The notes beneath the pieces were generated by a model, which worked only from the letters and a program-made list of their open reading frames with translations, had not been told where the DNA came from and did not search any database. From an uncultured Verrucomicrobiae bacterium (GTDB lineage Bacteria > Verrucomicrobiota > Verrucomicrobiia > Limisphaerales > UBA11358): 64,000 nt of DNA. The stretch's first letter is position 1. Each line of letters starts with the position of its first letter. The stretch covers positions 307,304 to 371,303 of the forward strand of contig CAWBKH010000001.1 of the NCBI GenBank assembly GCA_963789335.1, written 5' to 3'. Positions 9,714 through 20,352 of the stretch are shown one piece after another. A program made the translations under genes and the position numbers.

Positions 9714-11092
9714 ATCATTCATCCCAGCCCAAAATCGCCGCGCCGCTTGACCCGGATTTTCAACCCGCGGCGCTGTTCAATCGTCATTATTTGGCTGCCG
9801 TAAAAAAATCCGGCAATGCGGTGCCGCTCGTGATCGGGCTTGAACGCGAGAGTGGCTTCGTTTCACGCTTTGAAACGGTCGTAAATCCGAACCCGGACAC
9901 TGACACGCTGCTTTACGTTGAGCGGCTGGTGAAATTTCTGCTCTGGGCGCGTGGCGGCTGGAAAATTCACTTCGGTGGGCCAAAACACATCGGCGAAGCG
10001 ATCCGTCGCATTTACTCGGCAAACGGTAAACGCAAATTCGACGTGGAAATGATGGGGCGCATTTATGAGCGCCAGTTTGAATTTGCGGTAATGGACACGA
10101 AATCCGTGCCTGCCGAAAAACAGATGAATGTTGCGCTGGGAGGGCATCTGGACGGTTGCCGCATCGGCTTTGATCTGGGCGCAAGCGATTACAAGGTCGC
10201 CGCGGTGAAGGACGGCGAGACGGTTTACAGTGAAGAATTTCCGTGGAATCCCAAAGAGCAGCCCGATCCGCAATATCACTACAAACATCTCAACGCCGGT
10301 TTGAAAAAGGCGTCGGCGCATTTGCCGCGCGTGGATGCCATCGGTGGCAGTTCGGCGGGCGTGATAGTGAACAACAGAATCATGGTCGCGTCGTTGTTCC
10401 GCGCCGTGCCGCTGGCACAATTTGATCAGGCCAAAAACATTTTTCTCCGCCTGCGCGATGAATGGAACGTGCCGATGGAAGTCGCGAATGACGGTGACGT
10501 GACCGCGCTCGCCGGCGCCATGACTCTCAATGCAAACGGTCTGCTTGGCGTGGCGATGGGTTCCAGCCAGGCCGCCGGCTATCTTAATCCCAAAGGCGGC
10601 ATGACCAATTGGTTGAGTGAACTCACGTTCGCGCCAGTGGATTACCATCCTCATGCCGTCACCGATGAATGGTCCGGCGATCACGGCGTCGGCTCAAATT
10701 ATTTCTCGCAACAAGCCGTCAACAAACTGCTGCCAGCCGCAAAAATCAGTCTGCCCGAAGAAATGGGTTTGCCGGAACGACTCAAGGAAGTTCAAAGCCT
10801 GATGGCCGCAGGTGATCCGCGGGCTGCAAAAATTTACGAAACCGTGGGCACTTATCTTGGCTACGCGATTCCGCATTATGCCGACTTTTACGAATTTGGG
10901 CACCTGCTGATCCTCGGGCGCGTGATGACTGGCAAGGGCGGTGACATCCTGCTGGAACAGGCGCGCGCCGTTTTGAAAGAGGAGTTCCCTGAACTGGCCG
11001 AAAAAATCAAATTGCACGTGCCGGACGAAAAGAGCCGGCGCGTGGGTCAAGCCGTGGCCGCCGCCAGTCTCGCGGTCGTTGGAGCAGCGTAA
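9710..11092 (+). CDS. ROK family protein (probable sugar kinase) with N-terminal extension
   Basis: IGFDLGAS phosphate loop, VANDGDVTALAG, GVAMGSS; GTGA overlap with the GH20 stop. Confidence 0.8.
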   Translation: MNHSSQPKIAAPLDPDFQPAALFNRHYLAAVKKSGNAVPLVIGLERESGFVSRFETVVNPNPDTDTLLYVERLVKFLLWARGGWKIHFGGPKHIGEAIRRIYSANGKRKFDVEMMGRIYERQFEFAVMDTKSVPAEKQMNVALGGHLDGCRIGFDLGASDYKVAAVKDGETVYSEEFPWNPKEQPDPQYHYKHLNAGLKKASAHLPRVDAIGGSSAGVIVNNRIMVASLFRAVPLAQFDQAKNIFLRLRDEWNVPMEVANDGDVTALAGAMTLNANGLLGVAMGSSQAAGYLNPKGGMTNWLSELTFAPVDYHPHAVTDEWSGDHGVGSNYFSQQAVNKLLPAAKISLPEEMGLPERLKEVQSLMAAGDPRAAKIYETVGTYLGYAIPHYADFYEFGHLLILGRVMTGKGGDILLEQARAVLKEEFPELAEKIKLHVPDEKSRRVGQAVAAASLAVVGAA

Positions 11093-11441
11093 TGCCGCCG
11101 CAAGAAACCGCACGCATTCATCGCGACCTCCGTTTAAAGAAAAACGCTTCGTGTCCCCTTCTTTGTAAGTGCCTGATGGGCAGAGTTGCCCTTGCCATCA
11201 CAAATTCTAACGCCAAAAGGCTCAATTTGTAAAAATGTTGACAAATTGTGTAGCATTTAGTATTGGACACGATTGTGAATCGTGAACAATTCTTGCATGT
11301 CTTTCGGGACCATTTAGGTTGTCTTCATGCCATCCATGCAGTTAATTCGAGACTTTTAACGACCGGGTTGGGAAGAAACCTTATAGCGTTCTTTTAGCAC
11401 CGCATGGAATCAGAGCGGCAAAATTAAAACCCGAAACTGTT

Positions 11442-12986
11442 ATGACGCAAAACAAACGATACGTGATTTTGGTTGCCTTGGTTGTGGCCTTGGGCGGCTT
11501 CGTTTGGGGTTTCGATGCCACGGTGATTTCCGGCGCCGTGCCATTCATCCAGAAGTATTTTAATTTAAGCGGTGATCGGGGCGATTTTCTGCTTGGCTTG
11601 GCGGTGAGTTGTTTGGGTTGGGGAGTTTTGGGTGGCACAGCGGTGGCGGGGTTTTTTAGTGACCGCTTTGGACGAAAGAAAGTCCTGATCACAACGGCTG
11701 TGTTTTTTACCGGTTCAGCCCTGCTTTCCGCGTTGACCACGAACTTTGGGCTTTTTGTTTTCGCGCGGATCATCGGTGGACTGGCGGTGGGTGGCGCCAT
11801 TCTTATCGCGCCGGTTTACATTGCCGAGATTTCGCCCCCGAAGCAGCGCGGGAGCATGGTTTCGCTCAACCAACTCATGATCGTGCTCGGCATTTCGGCG
11901 TCCTTTTTTTCCAACTACTTCCTGCTGAACGTGGGAGAAAACAACTGGCGCTGGATGTTGGCAATGGACGCCGTGCCGGCGGCGCTTTATTTCTTCTTTC
12001 TTTTTGCCGTGCCGGAAAGCCCGCGCTGGTTGTTTGGCAAAGGGCAACCGGAGCGTGCCAAAGAGATTTTGATTAAAGCTTGTGGCGCGGAACTGGCGGA
12101 ACACGAAGTCCGCAATATTCAGCAAAATTTCGCGGAAAAAACTCCCGGGGTCAGCGTCAAAGGACTTTTCAGCAGAAGGATGAGTTTTGTTTTGTTTATT
12201 GCGCTGGCGATCGCATTTTTCCAACAAATCACCGGCATCAACGCCATTTTTTATTATTTGCCGACGATTTTCACGCATGCCGGCGGCGGGACCAATGCCG
12301 CTTTCAAGCAGGCCGTGCTGGTCGGCTTGGTCAATCTGGGCATGACCTTTGTTGCCATTCGATTTGTTGATCGCTTGGGGCGAAAACCGCTATTGGCCAT
12401 CGGCGCGACCGGCATGGCGATCTCGCTGCTGACTTGCAGTTGGGCGTTTCACGCTGCCAATTACCAACTGACTGAAAAGTCTTTTGTCATTCTTCAGCAA
12501 GACAAAGTTCCTGCCGACCTGATTGCCAAGCTGAACAATTCCGATAAAAATGTTTTCGCCACCGAGAAGGAATTCATATCCAACCTGGAAACAAAATTAG
12601 GCGCCGGGCAAATCAAGCCTTATCGCGATTCGCTGATTAGCGCTGGCTTGAACATACACGCCCACCTGGTGTTGTTTGCCATCATCGGTTTCGTAGCTTC
12701 CTTTGCCATTTCGTTGGGACCGGTGATGTGGGTGTTGTTGTCGGAAATTTTTCCCAATCAATATCGTGGTGTGGCCATGTCATTGGCTGGTTTCTGGAAT
12801 TCAGCGGTGAGCGCCAGCGTAACCTTCATTTTTCCCTGGGAATTGTCTCATTGGGGATCGGCGGGAACTTTCCTGGGATACGGCCTGTTGGCGGCGTTGG
12901 CGTTGGCTTTCATTTTACTGTTCATTCCTGAAACCAAAGGCAAAACGCTGGAGGAATTGGAGGGCTTCCTGATGCGGAAAGGATGA
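11442..12986 (+). CDS. Sugar porter family MFS transporter
   Basis: GFDATVISGA, SDRFGRK, PESPRWL, QQITGINAI, PETKGKTLEELE. Confidence 0.93.
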   Translation: MTQNKRYVILVALVVALGGFVWGFDATVISGAVPFIQKYFNLSGDRGDFLLGLAVSCLGWGVLGGTAVAGFFSDRFGRKKVLITTAVFFTGSALLSALTTNFGLFVFARIIGGLAVGGAILIAPVYIAEISPPKQRGSMVSLNQLMIVLGISASFFSNYFLLNVGENNWRWMLAMDAVPAALYFFFLFAVPESPRWLFGKGQPERAKEILIKACGAELAEHEVRNIQQNFAEKTPGVSVKGLFSRRMSFVLFIALAIAFFQQITGINAIFYYLPTIFTHAGGGTNAAFKQAVLVGLVNLGMTFVAIRFVDRLGRKPLLAIGATGMAISLLTCSWAFHAANYQLTEKSFVILQQDKVPADLIAKLNNSDKNVFATEKEFISNLETKLGAGQIKPYRDSLISAGLNIHAHLVLFAIIGFVASFAISLGPVMWVLLSEIFPNQYRGVAMSLAGFWNSAVSASVTFIFPWELSHWGSAGTFLGYGLLAALALAFILLFIPETKGKTLEELEGFLMRKG

Positions 12987-13020
12987 GCGTCTGCCATTGG
13001 CAATCAAGCCGGATTTAACC

Positions 13021-14496
13021 ATGAAACCAATCAAACACATTTTTGCCTCAGAACAAAATCGGGACAACCCTGCTTGCTGTTCATGGGTTCAAGTCTTGAA
13101 AAAATCCTGTTGGCGGAAGTTGGTGGTGCTGGGTCTTAGTCTGCTGGTTTTGCCCATCAGCTACCCAACCCAAATCAGCGCGGCGGAAATGCTGCCAAAC
13201 AACGGACCGGTCAAGGTGCAAATCCTGGAGACGAACGGCGGCTATCAATTGTACGTTGACCACAAACCCTTCTATATCAAAGGCGCCGGCATCGAATATG
13301 GTTCCCAGGAAAAACTGAAGGAACATGGCGGCAATTCCTTCCGTACCTGGACCACCGATAACGGCCGCGAGAGCGGTCAGAAGGTTTTGGACCAGGCCTT
13401 GACCAACGGCTCGTATGTCGCGATGGGCTTGGACGTGGACCACGAACGCCGTGGTTTCGACTACGACAACACCAACGCCGTCGCCAGGCAATTTGACATG
13501 ATGAAGGCCCTGGTCGGGGAGTACAAAGACCACCCGGCCCTGATCATCTGGGTCATCGGGAATGAACTCAACTTTGAAAAGAATCCCAAGGTCTGGGATG
13601 CAGTTAATGATCTTTCCAAGATGATCCACAAGATTGACCCCAATCATCTGACCACCACCGCCTTGGCCGGTTTTAACCAAGATACGGTGAAACTGGTCCA
13701 AACCCGGGCGCCAGATTTGGATTTTCTTTCGTTCCAGATGTATTCCGACATCATCAACCTGCCGAAGTATCTGCGCGAAGCAAATTGGGACAAGCCCTAC
13801 ATCGTGACTGAATGGGGTGCGACCGGCCATTGGGAGTGCGGCAAAACCACCTGGGGCGCCCCGATTGAAAACGACAGCACCACCAAGGCGGAACTGTACC
13901 AAATGCGATATGAAAAGGTCATTCTGGCCGACCGGAAGCTGTGCCTTGGCTCGTATGTTTTTTTGTGGGGGAACAAGCAGGAACGCACGCCAACCTGGTA
14001 TGGCATGTTCCTCGATACCGGCGAGGAAACCGCACCGGTGGATGTGATGCAGTATCTTTGGACCGGCTCCTGGCCAACCAATCGTTGTCCCCGCTTGGAA
14101 GGTATCTGGCTGGATGGCAAAACTGCAAACCAAAGCGTCCGGTTGAAAGCGGGCCAAACTTACGTCGCCAAGGTGCAGGCTAGCGACCCCGACCAAGATC
14201 CGCTGACCTATTTCTGGGATGTCATGAAGGAAAGCGGGGAGCACACGGTGGGCGGTGATGTTGAAAGCGTGCCCAAGCGTCTCTCGGGATTAATCGAGGA
14301 TCCCAAGAAGAGTGAAATCCTTGTTAAGCCGCCGGCTCAACCCGGCACTTATCGCCTGTTCGCGTATGTCTTCGACGGCAAAGGGCACGCCGCGCACGCG
14401 AACATTCCATTTTATGTGGATCCACCAACGGAAAACTCCGCCAAGACTGCCGCCAATAATTGGCTTCGCAATCCTAACGGGCCTGATGCCAACTAA
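13021..14496 (+). CDS. Exported clan GH-A TIM-barrel glycoside hydrolase (GH2-TIM/GH158-like; probable beta-1,3-glucanase)
   Basis: PFYIKGAG, GGNSFRTW, WVIGNE (acid/base), PYIVTEWG (nucleophile), C-terminal Ig-like domain; clustered with GH149. Start uncertain. Confidence 0.7.
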   Translation: MKPIKHIFASEQNRDNPACCSWVQVLKKSCWRKLVVLGLSLLVLPISYPTQISAAEMLPNNGPVKVQILETNGGYQLYVDHKPFYIKGAGIEYGSQEKLKEHGGNSFRTWTTDNGRESGQKVLDQALTNGSYVAMGLDVDHERRGFDYDNTNAVARQFDMMKALVGEYKDHPALIIWVIGNELNFEKNPKVWDAVNDLSKMIHKIDPNHLTTTALAGFNQDTVKLVQTRAPDLDFLSFQMYSDIINLPKYLREANWDKPYIVTEWGATGHWECGKTTWGAPIENDSTTKAELYQMRYEKVILADRKLCLGSYVFLWGNKQERTPTWYGMFLDTGEETAPVDVMQYLWTGSWPTNRCPRLEGIWLDGKTANQSVRLKAGQTYVAKVQASDPDQDPLTYFWDVMKESGEHTVGGDVESVPKRLSGLIEDPKKSEILVKPPAQPGTYRLFAYVFDGKGHAAHANIPFYVDPPTENSAKTAANNWLRNPNGPDAN

Positions 14497-14508
14497 TAAT
14501 CTTCCTCT

Positions 14509-15930
14509 ATGAGCTTGAGCGAAATCACCCTCCCTGCAGCCGACGTTGTGCCGCAAACCAAATCCGGAGTCGGCCTGACCTTCAAAGAGAAATTGGGTTA
14601 TGGCCTGGGTGACACCGCCTCCCATTTTGTGTGGGACACGGTGGGCTTCTGGCTCCTGTTTTTTTATACGGACGTCTATAAAATTCCGGCCGCCACCGCA
14701 GGAATCATCATGTTAATTGCCCGGTTCTGGGACATGGGTATTGACCCGGTCATCGGCATCGTCTCGGATCGGACTCGGACCCGGTGGGGAAAATTCCGAC
14801 CTTATATTTTGTTTGGGGCCCTTCCCTATGCCGTTCTGGCGATTCTGACCTTTACCACGCCGAATTTGGGAGAAATGGGCAAAGTCATTTACGCTGGCGC
14901 CACCTACGTTCTTCTGATGACAGCTTATGCCGCAGTCAACATTCCCTATTCTTCCCTGGCCGCAGTCATGACTGACGACACGTATGAAAGAAACGGTCTT
15001 AATATTTACCGGTTTATCTGCGCTTTTAGCGGCCAACTCGTGGTGACCGGCCTTCTTCTGACGCTGGCGAAGTTTTTCGGCGGTGGCGACAAAGCGCAGG
15101 GGTTTCAATACACGCTCGTCTTATTTGGATTCCTGAGTCTGATTTTCTGGTTCATAACCTTCAAAACCTCCAAAGAAAGGGTGCAGCCGTTAAAATCACT
15201 GGAAGGCTCGATAAAAGAGGACCTTAAGGGCTTGTTCAAGAACCGGCCCTGGATCATCTTGGCCATTGTAGGCATTGTCTCCTTCGTGATGTTTGCCATG
15301 CAGAACGCGGCGATTATCTACTATTTCAAATATTACGTTGGCAACGAGGACAGCGTTCAGCCTTTCAATGTCATCGGCACGGTTGCCCTCATTGTTGCCT
15401 TGTGTATTGTTGCCTTGCCGGTTTCAAAGTCATTGGCCAAAAAATTCGGCAATAAAAACGTCTTCATTGCCAGCTCCCTGATATCGGGCGTTTTCTTTAT
15501 TTTACTCTACCTGCCCGGGGAGAAGAACATTATCACCATCTATACGTTGAATATACTTGCAAAAATGGCCTATGCGCCTGCGGTTCCTTTGCTTTGGACC
15601 ATGATCGCTGATTCTGCGGATTATTCTGAATGGAAAAGCGGGCGAAGGGCTACCGGCCTGTATTTTTCAGCCGCGACGTTTGCGCAAAAGGCCGGGTGGG
15701 GCATCGGCGCTGCCATAGCGGGCTGGCTCTTGACGGCCTTCAACTACGTTCCCGATGTCAAACAAACCCAAACCGCCTTGATGGGAATCAAGTTGTTGGT
15801 TTCCATCATCCCGGGAATTTTGTACATGTCCTGCGCGTTATTCATGATTTTTTACAATATTGATTCCACGACCACCGACTTGATGAAAAAGGATCTTGAG
15901 GCAAGGAGAGAAAAACCGGCAGGCGAATAG
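14509..15930 (+). CDS. GPH family (glycoside:cation symporter) MFS transporter
   Basis: EKLGYGLGD, DPVIGIVSDRTRTRWGKFRPY, MIADSADYSEWKSGRRATG. Confidence 0.92.
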   Translation: MSLSEITLPAADVVPQTKSGVGLTFKEKLGYGLGDTASHFVWDTVGFWLLFFYTDVYKIPAATAGIIMLIARFWDMGIDPVIGIVSDRTRTRWGKFRPYILFGALPYAVLAILTFTTPNLGEMGKVIYAGATYVLLMTAYAAVNIPYSSLAAVMTDDTYERNGLNIYRFICAFSGQLVVTGLLLTLAKFFGGGDKAQGFQYTLVLFGFLSLIFWFITFKTSKERVQPLKSLEGSIKEDLKGLFKNRPWIILAIVGIVSFVMFAMQNAAIIYYFKYYVGNEDSVQPFNVIGTVALIVALCIVALPVSKSLAKKFGNKNVFIASSLISGVFFILLYLPGEKNIITIYTLNILAKMAYAPAVPLLWTMIADSADYSEWKSGRRATGLYFSAATFAQKAGWGIGAAIAGWLLTAFNYVPDVKQTQTALMGIKLLVSIIPGILYMSCALFMIFYNIDSTTTDLMKKDLEARREKPAGE

Positions 15931-16063
15931 ACGCCCAGCGTTCTAACTTTCCGGATCGTGGACATGCTCTCGCTGGCAACCTGTTTTAGGAGCATGGCGG
16001 CCAGACATCCGAAACGCCCAAACTTCAAGCCGGTTAACGGCCCAATAGATTTAAGTAACAGCC

Positions 16064-19000
16064 ATGAAAAAAACGTTATACGTCGGCAATAATCCGCTCC
16101 GGTTCAACTCCGTTCCAGTCAGTGGACGCCAGGTTGAACTGGAGGGCGAGAGTTTCTATCAGATTGCCAATTATGACCGGATGCGGCCCTTCTTCATGAG
16201 TATCGTGAGCGGTGCCGACCATTGGATGTTTATCTCCAGCACCGGGGCGCTGACCGCTGGACGCCGCAACGCGGATCTCGCCCTCTTTCCTTACTATACC
16301 GATGATAAAATCCACGACTCGGCTGAAATCACCGGTAGTAAAACCGTGTTCATCGTTGAGAAACAGGGTCGGGGCCATTTTTGGGAACCGTTCTCGGAAC
16401 GGCAACGGGGTGTTTACCGGCTTCAATGCAATCTCTACAAGAGTTTTTGGGGCAACAAACTGGTCTTCGAGGAATTCAATGCGGACTTGGGTTTGACCTT
16501 CCGTTACGGCTGGTTCAACAGCGACCGGTTTGGCTGGGTTCGGCGCGCATGGCTGACCAACTCCGATCCGGTGACCGTGCGCATCAAGCTGCTGGATGGC
16601 ATTCAAAATATCATGCCCTGCGGCACCGGCAGTCAATTCCAACTCGAATACAGCACGTTGCTCGACGCCTACAAAAAGAGCGAATTGATTCCCGAAACGG
16701 GCCTTGGTTTGTTCCGGCTCAGCGCCATCCCGATTGATCGTCCGGAGCCGGCCGAGGCGCTTAGAACCAACACCGTCTGGTCTTTCGGTCTGGGCAAAAG
16801 CCTTAAACTGATTTCCTCCATCCAACTAAACTCCTTCCGACAGGGGCTGCCGCTGCGGCAGGAAACCGATGTCCGGGCCGAACGAGGCGCTTACTTTCTC
16901 CACACGGCATTCGTCCTGCGGCGTGGTCAGACACGGGATTGGTATCTTGTCACCGACGTTAACCAAGGGCCGTCCGATGTGGCCGAACTCAACCAGTTGC
17001 TGCGTCAACCCGCCAAGCTTCGGAAGTTGGTGCACGCGGACATTGCCCGCGGCACCGAGGAACTGCAACGCATTATCGGCAAAGCCGATGGGCTGCAAAA
17101 GACTGCCCAACCGTTGAGCAATGCGCGGCATTACAGCAATGTGCTGTTCAATGTGATGCGCGGCGGCATTTTTTATGATGACTACCAGGTGGCTTCGGAC
17201 GATTTGCAAGCCTTTGTCCAACATGCGAACAAGGAGGTCGCCGGCCGTCACACTGCCTTTTTCCGCAAGCTCGGTCATCACATTCACCACCCCGGCCTGC
17301 TGCTGCTGGCGGAGGAAAGCGGAGACCCCAACCTTGAGCGGCTATGTCGGGAATATCTGCCGCTGACCTTCAGCCGGCGGCATGGCGATCCGAGCCGCCC
17401 ATGGAATCGTTTCTCCATCGCGACGAAAAATCCGGACGGAACAAGGATTCTGAATTACGAGGGCAATTGGCGTGACATTTTTCAGAACTGGGAAGCTCTA
17501 TCGCTTTCTTTTCCGGGTTATACGGCCAGCATGATCTGCAAGTTCATCAACGCCTCCACCGCCGACGGCTACAACCCTTATCGCATCACCCGGGACGGCA
17601 TTGATTGGGAGGTCATTGATCCCGCCGACCCGTGGACCCATATCGGCTATTGGGGCGACCACCAGGTGATCTATTTGCTCAAGTTGCTGGAGATTCTGAA
17701 CCGGCACGAATCCGCCACCTTGCGCGATTTCCTGACGCGCGAAATCTTTTCCTACGCCAATGTACCTTACCGGATCAAGCCGTACGAACAGTTGCTCAAA
17801 GACCCCAAAGAAACAGTGGTTTTCGATCAGGAGCAGGAAAAAATGGTACGCCACCTTGTCCAGTTGAAAGGCTCCGACGGCAAGCTCGTTTGGGACCGAC
17901 AGGGACATGTGCGCCTCGTCAATCTGAGTGAAAAACTCCTCGTTTTGTTGCTCGCCAAATTCTCCAACTTCATTCCGGAGGCGGGCATTTGGTTGAACAC
18001 CCAGCGGCCGGAATGGAACGACGCCAACAACGCCCTGGTGGGCAACGGTGTTTCCGTGGTCACACTCTGTTACCTGCGACGCTTTTTGGCCTTCTGCCTG
18101 GAAGTTTTCCGCCCGCTGGAAAAATCCGAGGTGAGCTTGTCGGATGAGGTTGCCAGGCTTCTATTGGCAATCTGCCGAATTTTGCAGAGCTATCGTCCTT
18201 TGCTCTCGCACCGCATCGCTGACCATGATCGCAAGCGCGTGCTCGATGGACTCGCGCGCGCCGGCAGCCGGTATCGCGAACGGATTTACACGAGAGGATT
18301 CTCAGGCCGTCGAACACCACTCCGGATTAGACAGTTGCTCGATTTCTTTGAAGTCGCCCTCGCCTTTACAGACGAGTCCATTCGCGCGAACCGAAGACCG
18401 GATGGGCTTTATCACGCGTATAACTTGATCAAGCTGGAAAATCCCCGGCTAATTCCCATCCGTCATCTTTACGAGATGCTGGAGGGCCAGGTGGCCGTGC
18501 TTAGTTCGGGGCGCTTGACGGTGCGGGAATCGTTGGACCTGTTGATTGCACTCAAGCGGAGTGCGATGTATCGCGCCGACCAACGGAGCTATTTACTTTA
18601 CCCCAATCGCCGACTGCCACTGTTTGTGGAGAAGAACAACATCCCCCGAAAAGAGTTCAACCGTTCGAAGCTGTTGCAGAAGTTGATTGCGAATGGCAAC
18701 CGCCTGCTCGTGGAACGGGATTCGGCCGGCCGGTATCACTTCAATGGTTCCATCACCAATGGCCGGGACGTGGCGCAAATCCTTGAACAACTGACTGGCG
18801 CGGGGTACGCCCGGCTAATCAAGAGTGAAGGCGGGTTGGTTCTGGATCTCTTCGAGCGTCAGTTTGATCACCAGTCGTTTACCGGACGTTCGGGCACATT
18901 CTTCGGCTACGAGGGTTTGGGTTGCATCTATTGGCACATGGTTTCCAAACTCCTTCTGGCTGCGCAGGAAACCTTTTTCCGCGCTTTTGATTCGGATGCT

Positions 19001-19540
19001 CCGCGCCCCATTCTCCAAAAGCTGGCGGCCTGTTATTACGACATCCGCTCAGGCATTGGCGACTATAAGTCACCCGATGAGTACGGAGCCTTTCCGATGG
19101 ATCCCTATTCGCACACGCCCGCTCACAACGGCGCCCGCCAGCCGGGTTTGACCGGGCAGGTCAAGGAAGACATTTTATGCCGCATGGGGGAATTGGGAAT
19201 TTTCGTCAAAGACGGCCAAATCCATTTTCGTCCTGCGCTTTTAAGAAGGAAGGAGTTTCTGTCTGAGCGAGCTGATTTTTGTTATTACGACTTGGCAGGA
19301 CATTCCCGGCGCCTCAAGCTTCAACCGGGTTCGCTCGCTTTCACTTACTGTCAGGTTCCCATTGTAATTCAGCTTGCGCGGACGAATTCTGTTCGCGTGT
19401 TCTTTTATGAACGCCCGTCCAGTTGTCACAATCAGTTGAATATTGATACTCCCACCAGTGGATTGATATTTGGACGTGCTGGTCAGGTTGACCGTGTCTT
19501 TGTTTCAATCGTTGCCGAAGATTCCTTTGTGCTCGACTGA
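16064..19540 (+). CDS. Beta-1,3-glucan phosphorylase (GH149)
   Basis: 1158 aa, no signal peptide; motifs LPLTFSRRHGDPSRPWN, YEGNWRDIFQNWEAL, IGYWGDHQ, YEGLGCIYWHMVSKLL, GAFPMDPYSHTP, QPGLTGQVKED. Confidence 0.85.
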   Translation: MKKTLYVGNNPLRFNSVPVSGRQVELEGESFYQIANYDRMRPFFMSIVSGADHWMFISSTGALTAGRRNADLALFPYYTDDKIHDSAEITGSKTVFIVEKQGRGHFWEPFSERQRGVYRLQCNLYKSFWGNKLVFEEFNADLGLTFRYGWFNSDRFGWVRRAWLTNSDPVTVRIKLLDGIQNIMPCGTGSQFQLEYSTLLDAYKKSELIPETGLGLFRLSAIPIDRPEPAEALRTNTVWSFGLGKSLKLISSIQLNSFRQGLPLRQETDVRAERGAYFLHTAFVLRRGQTRDWYLVTDVNQGPSDVAELNQLLRQPAKLRKLVHADIARGTEELQRIIGKADGLQKTAQPLSNARHYSNVLFNVMRGGIFYDDYQVASDDLQAFVQHANKEVAGRHTAFFRKLGHHIHHPGLLLLAEESGDPNLERLCREYLPLTFSRRHGDPSRPWNRFSIATKNPDGTRILNYEGNWRDIFQNWEALSLSFPGYTASMICKFINASTADGYNPYRITRDGIDWEVIDPADPWTHIGYWGDHQVIYLLKLLEILNRHESATLRDFLTREIFSYANVPYRIKPYEQLLKDPKETVVFDQEQEKMVRHLVQLKGSDGKLVWDRQGHVRLVNLSEKLLVLLLAKFSNFIPEAGIWLNTQRPEWNDANNALVGNGVSVVTLCYLRRFLAFCLEVFRPLEKSEVSLSDEVARLLLAICRILQSYRPLLSHRIADHDRKRVLDGLARAGSRYRERIYTRGFSGRRTPLRIRQLLDFFEVALAFTDESIRANRRPDGLYHAYNLIKLENPRLIPIRHLYEMLEGQVAVLSSGRLTVRESLDLLIALKRSAMYRADQRSYLLYPNRRLPLFVEKNNIPRKEFNRSKLLQKLIANGNRLLVERDSAGRYHFNGSITNGRDVAQILEQLTGAGYARLIKSEGGLVLDLFERQFDHQSFTGRSGTFFGYEGLGCIYWHMVSKLLLAAQETFFRAFDSDAPRPILQKLAACYYDIRSGIGDYKSPDEYGAFPMDPYSHTPAHNGARQPGLTGQVKEDILCRMGELGIFVKDGQIHFRPALLRRKEFLSERADFCYYDLAGHSRRLKLQPGSLAFTYCQVPIVIQLARTNSVRVFFYERPSSCHNQLNIDTPTSGLIFGRAGQVDRVFVSIVAEDSFVLD

Positions 19541-19668
19541 TAATCTTAACTTCATCGAACTCAGAATGATGGCTAATCCGTGGTTGTTTTATTAGAGCTT
19601 ATCTTTGAAGTGAACGAAACATTAACCCGTATTGACAACTCACCAAAACGCGATGTCTGCCGCTGTGC

Positions 19669-19872
19669 GGTACCATCCAGTCAGGCTGGCAAGTCAGTTG
19701 GCCGTCGGCGAACTATGTCACCTACGGCTTGCAACGGACGACGACGCTGGGTTCGACCAACGCGTGGGCGAACATTGGTTCGAATTATATCGGCACCGGC
19801 AGCACCATTTCCGTCTCCGATCCGCTCGGCACAAACCAATCTGGGTTTTACCGTGTTTACGCGCAGCCTTGA
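19669..19872 (+). pseudogene. Orphan 3' gene remnant encoding only an FYRV-type C-terminal domain
   Basis: Frame absent from the ORF track: GTIQSGWQVSWPSANYVTYGLQRTTTLGSTNAWANIGSNYIGTGSTISVSDPLGTNQSGFYRVYAQP*. In-frame TGA upstream at 19633 and no ATG. Confidence 0.75.
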
Positions 19873-20352
19873 TGAGAATTCGGTGCATTGGCAACTCAAT
19901 AATCCAATATTCAGTATTCTGTAACCTCAAATGAAATCCCTGCCTTGATCGCTGAGATTCTCAGCGACCGCGAGCTAGAGTTAGGGTGGTTCAACTTAGC
20001 GCGGCTTGTCGGCTGAAGTTGCAATCGGTGTTATACTTCTATAATTAGCAGGCGGTTTTTAAATGATTAAACATTGAGCTGTTTCAAAGGCCACGTCAAC
20101 GGGTGGCGGTTTGCGCGGATTGATCCGATTGGTCGGCGTAATGATTTCACCGTGCCAGTTTCGACTTTCGGCCCTTGAAAACTTTTCACGCCCACTGGAA
20201 AGATGGCCGTATGAAATTCGCTCACCTCAATGGACAGGAGGCGTCTCCGACCGAACCGACGATAGTCAATTTTCATACAAACTTTATATCTCTAATCGCT
20301 AACGGTGAAACGCGGCGGGCTCGCCGGCAATCCAAGCAAGGCGGCTTTTTTC

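Noticed and set aside
11227-11291. Promoter and LacI-like operator (TTGACA 11238; ATTGTGAATCGTGAACAAT) before the glucan operon
   Set aside because: The -10 spacing is poor, the palindrome is imperfect, and no LacI gene is nearby; plausible but unsupported.
19580-19934. 114-aa and 100-aa ORFs listed in the track
   Set aside because: No recognisable features; the meaningful signal is in the third forward frame.
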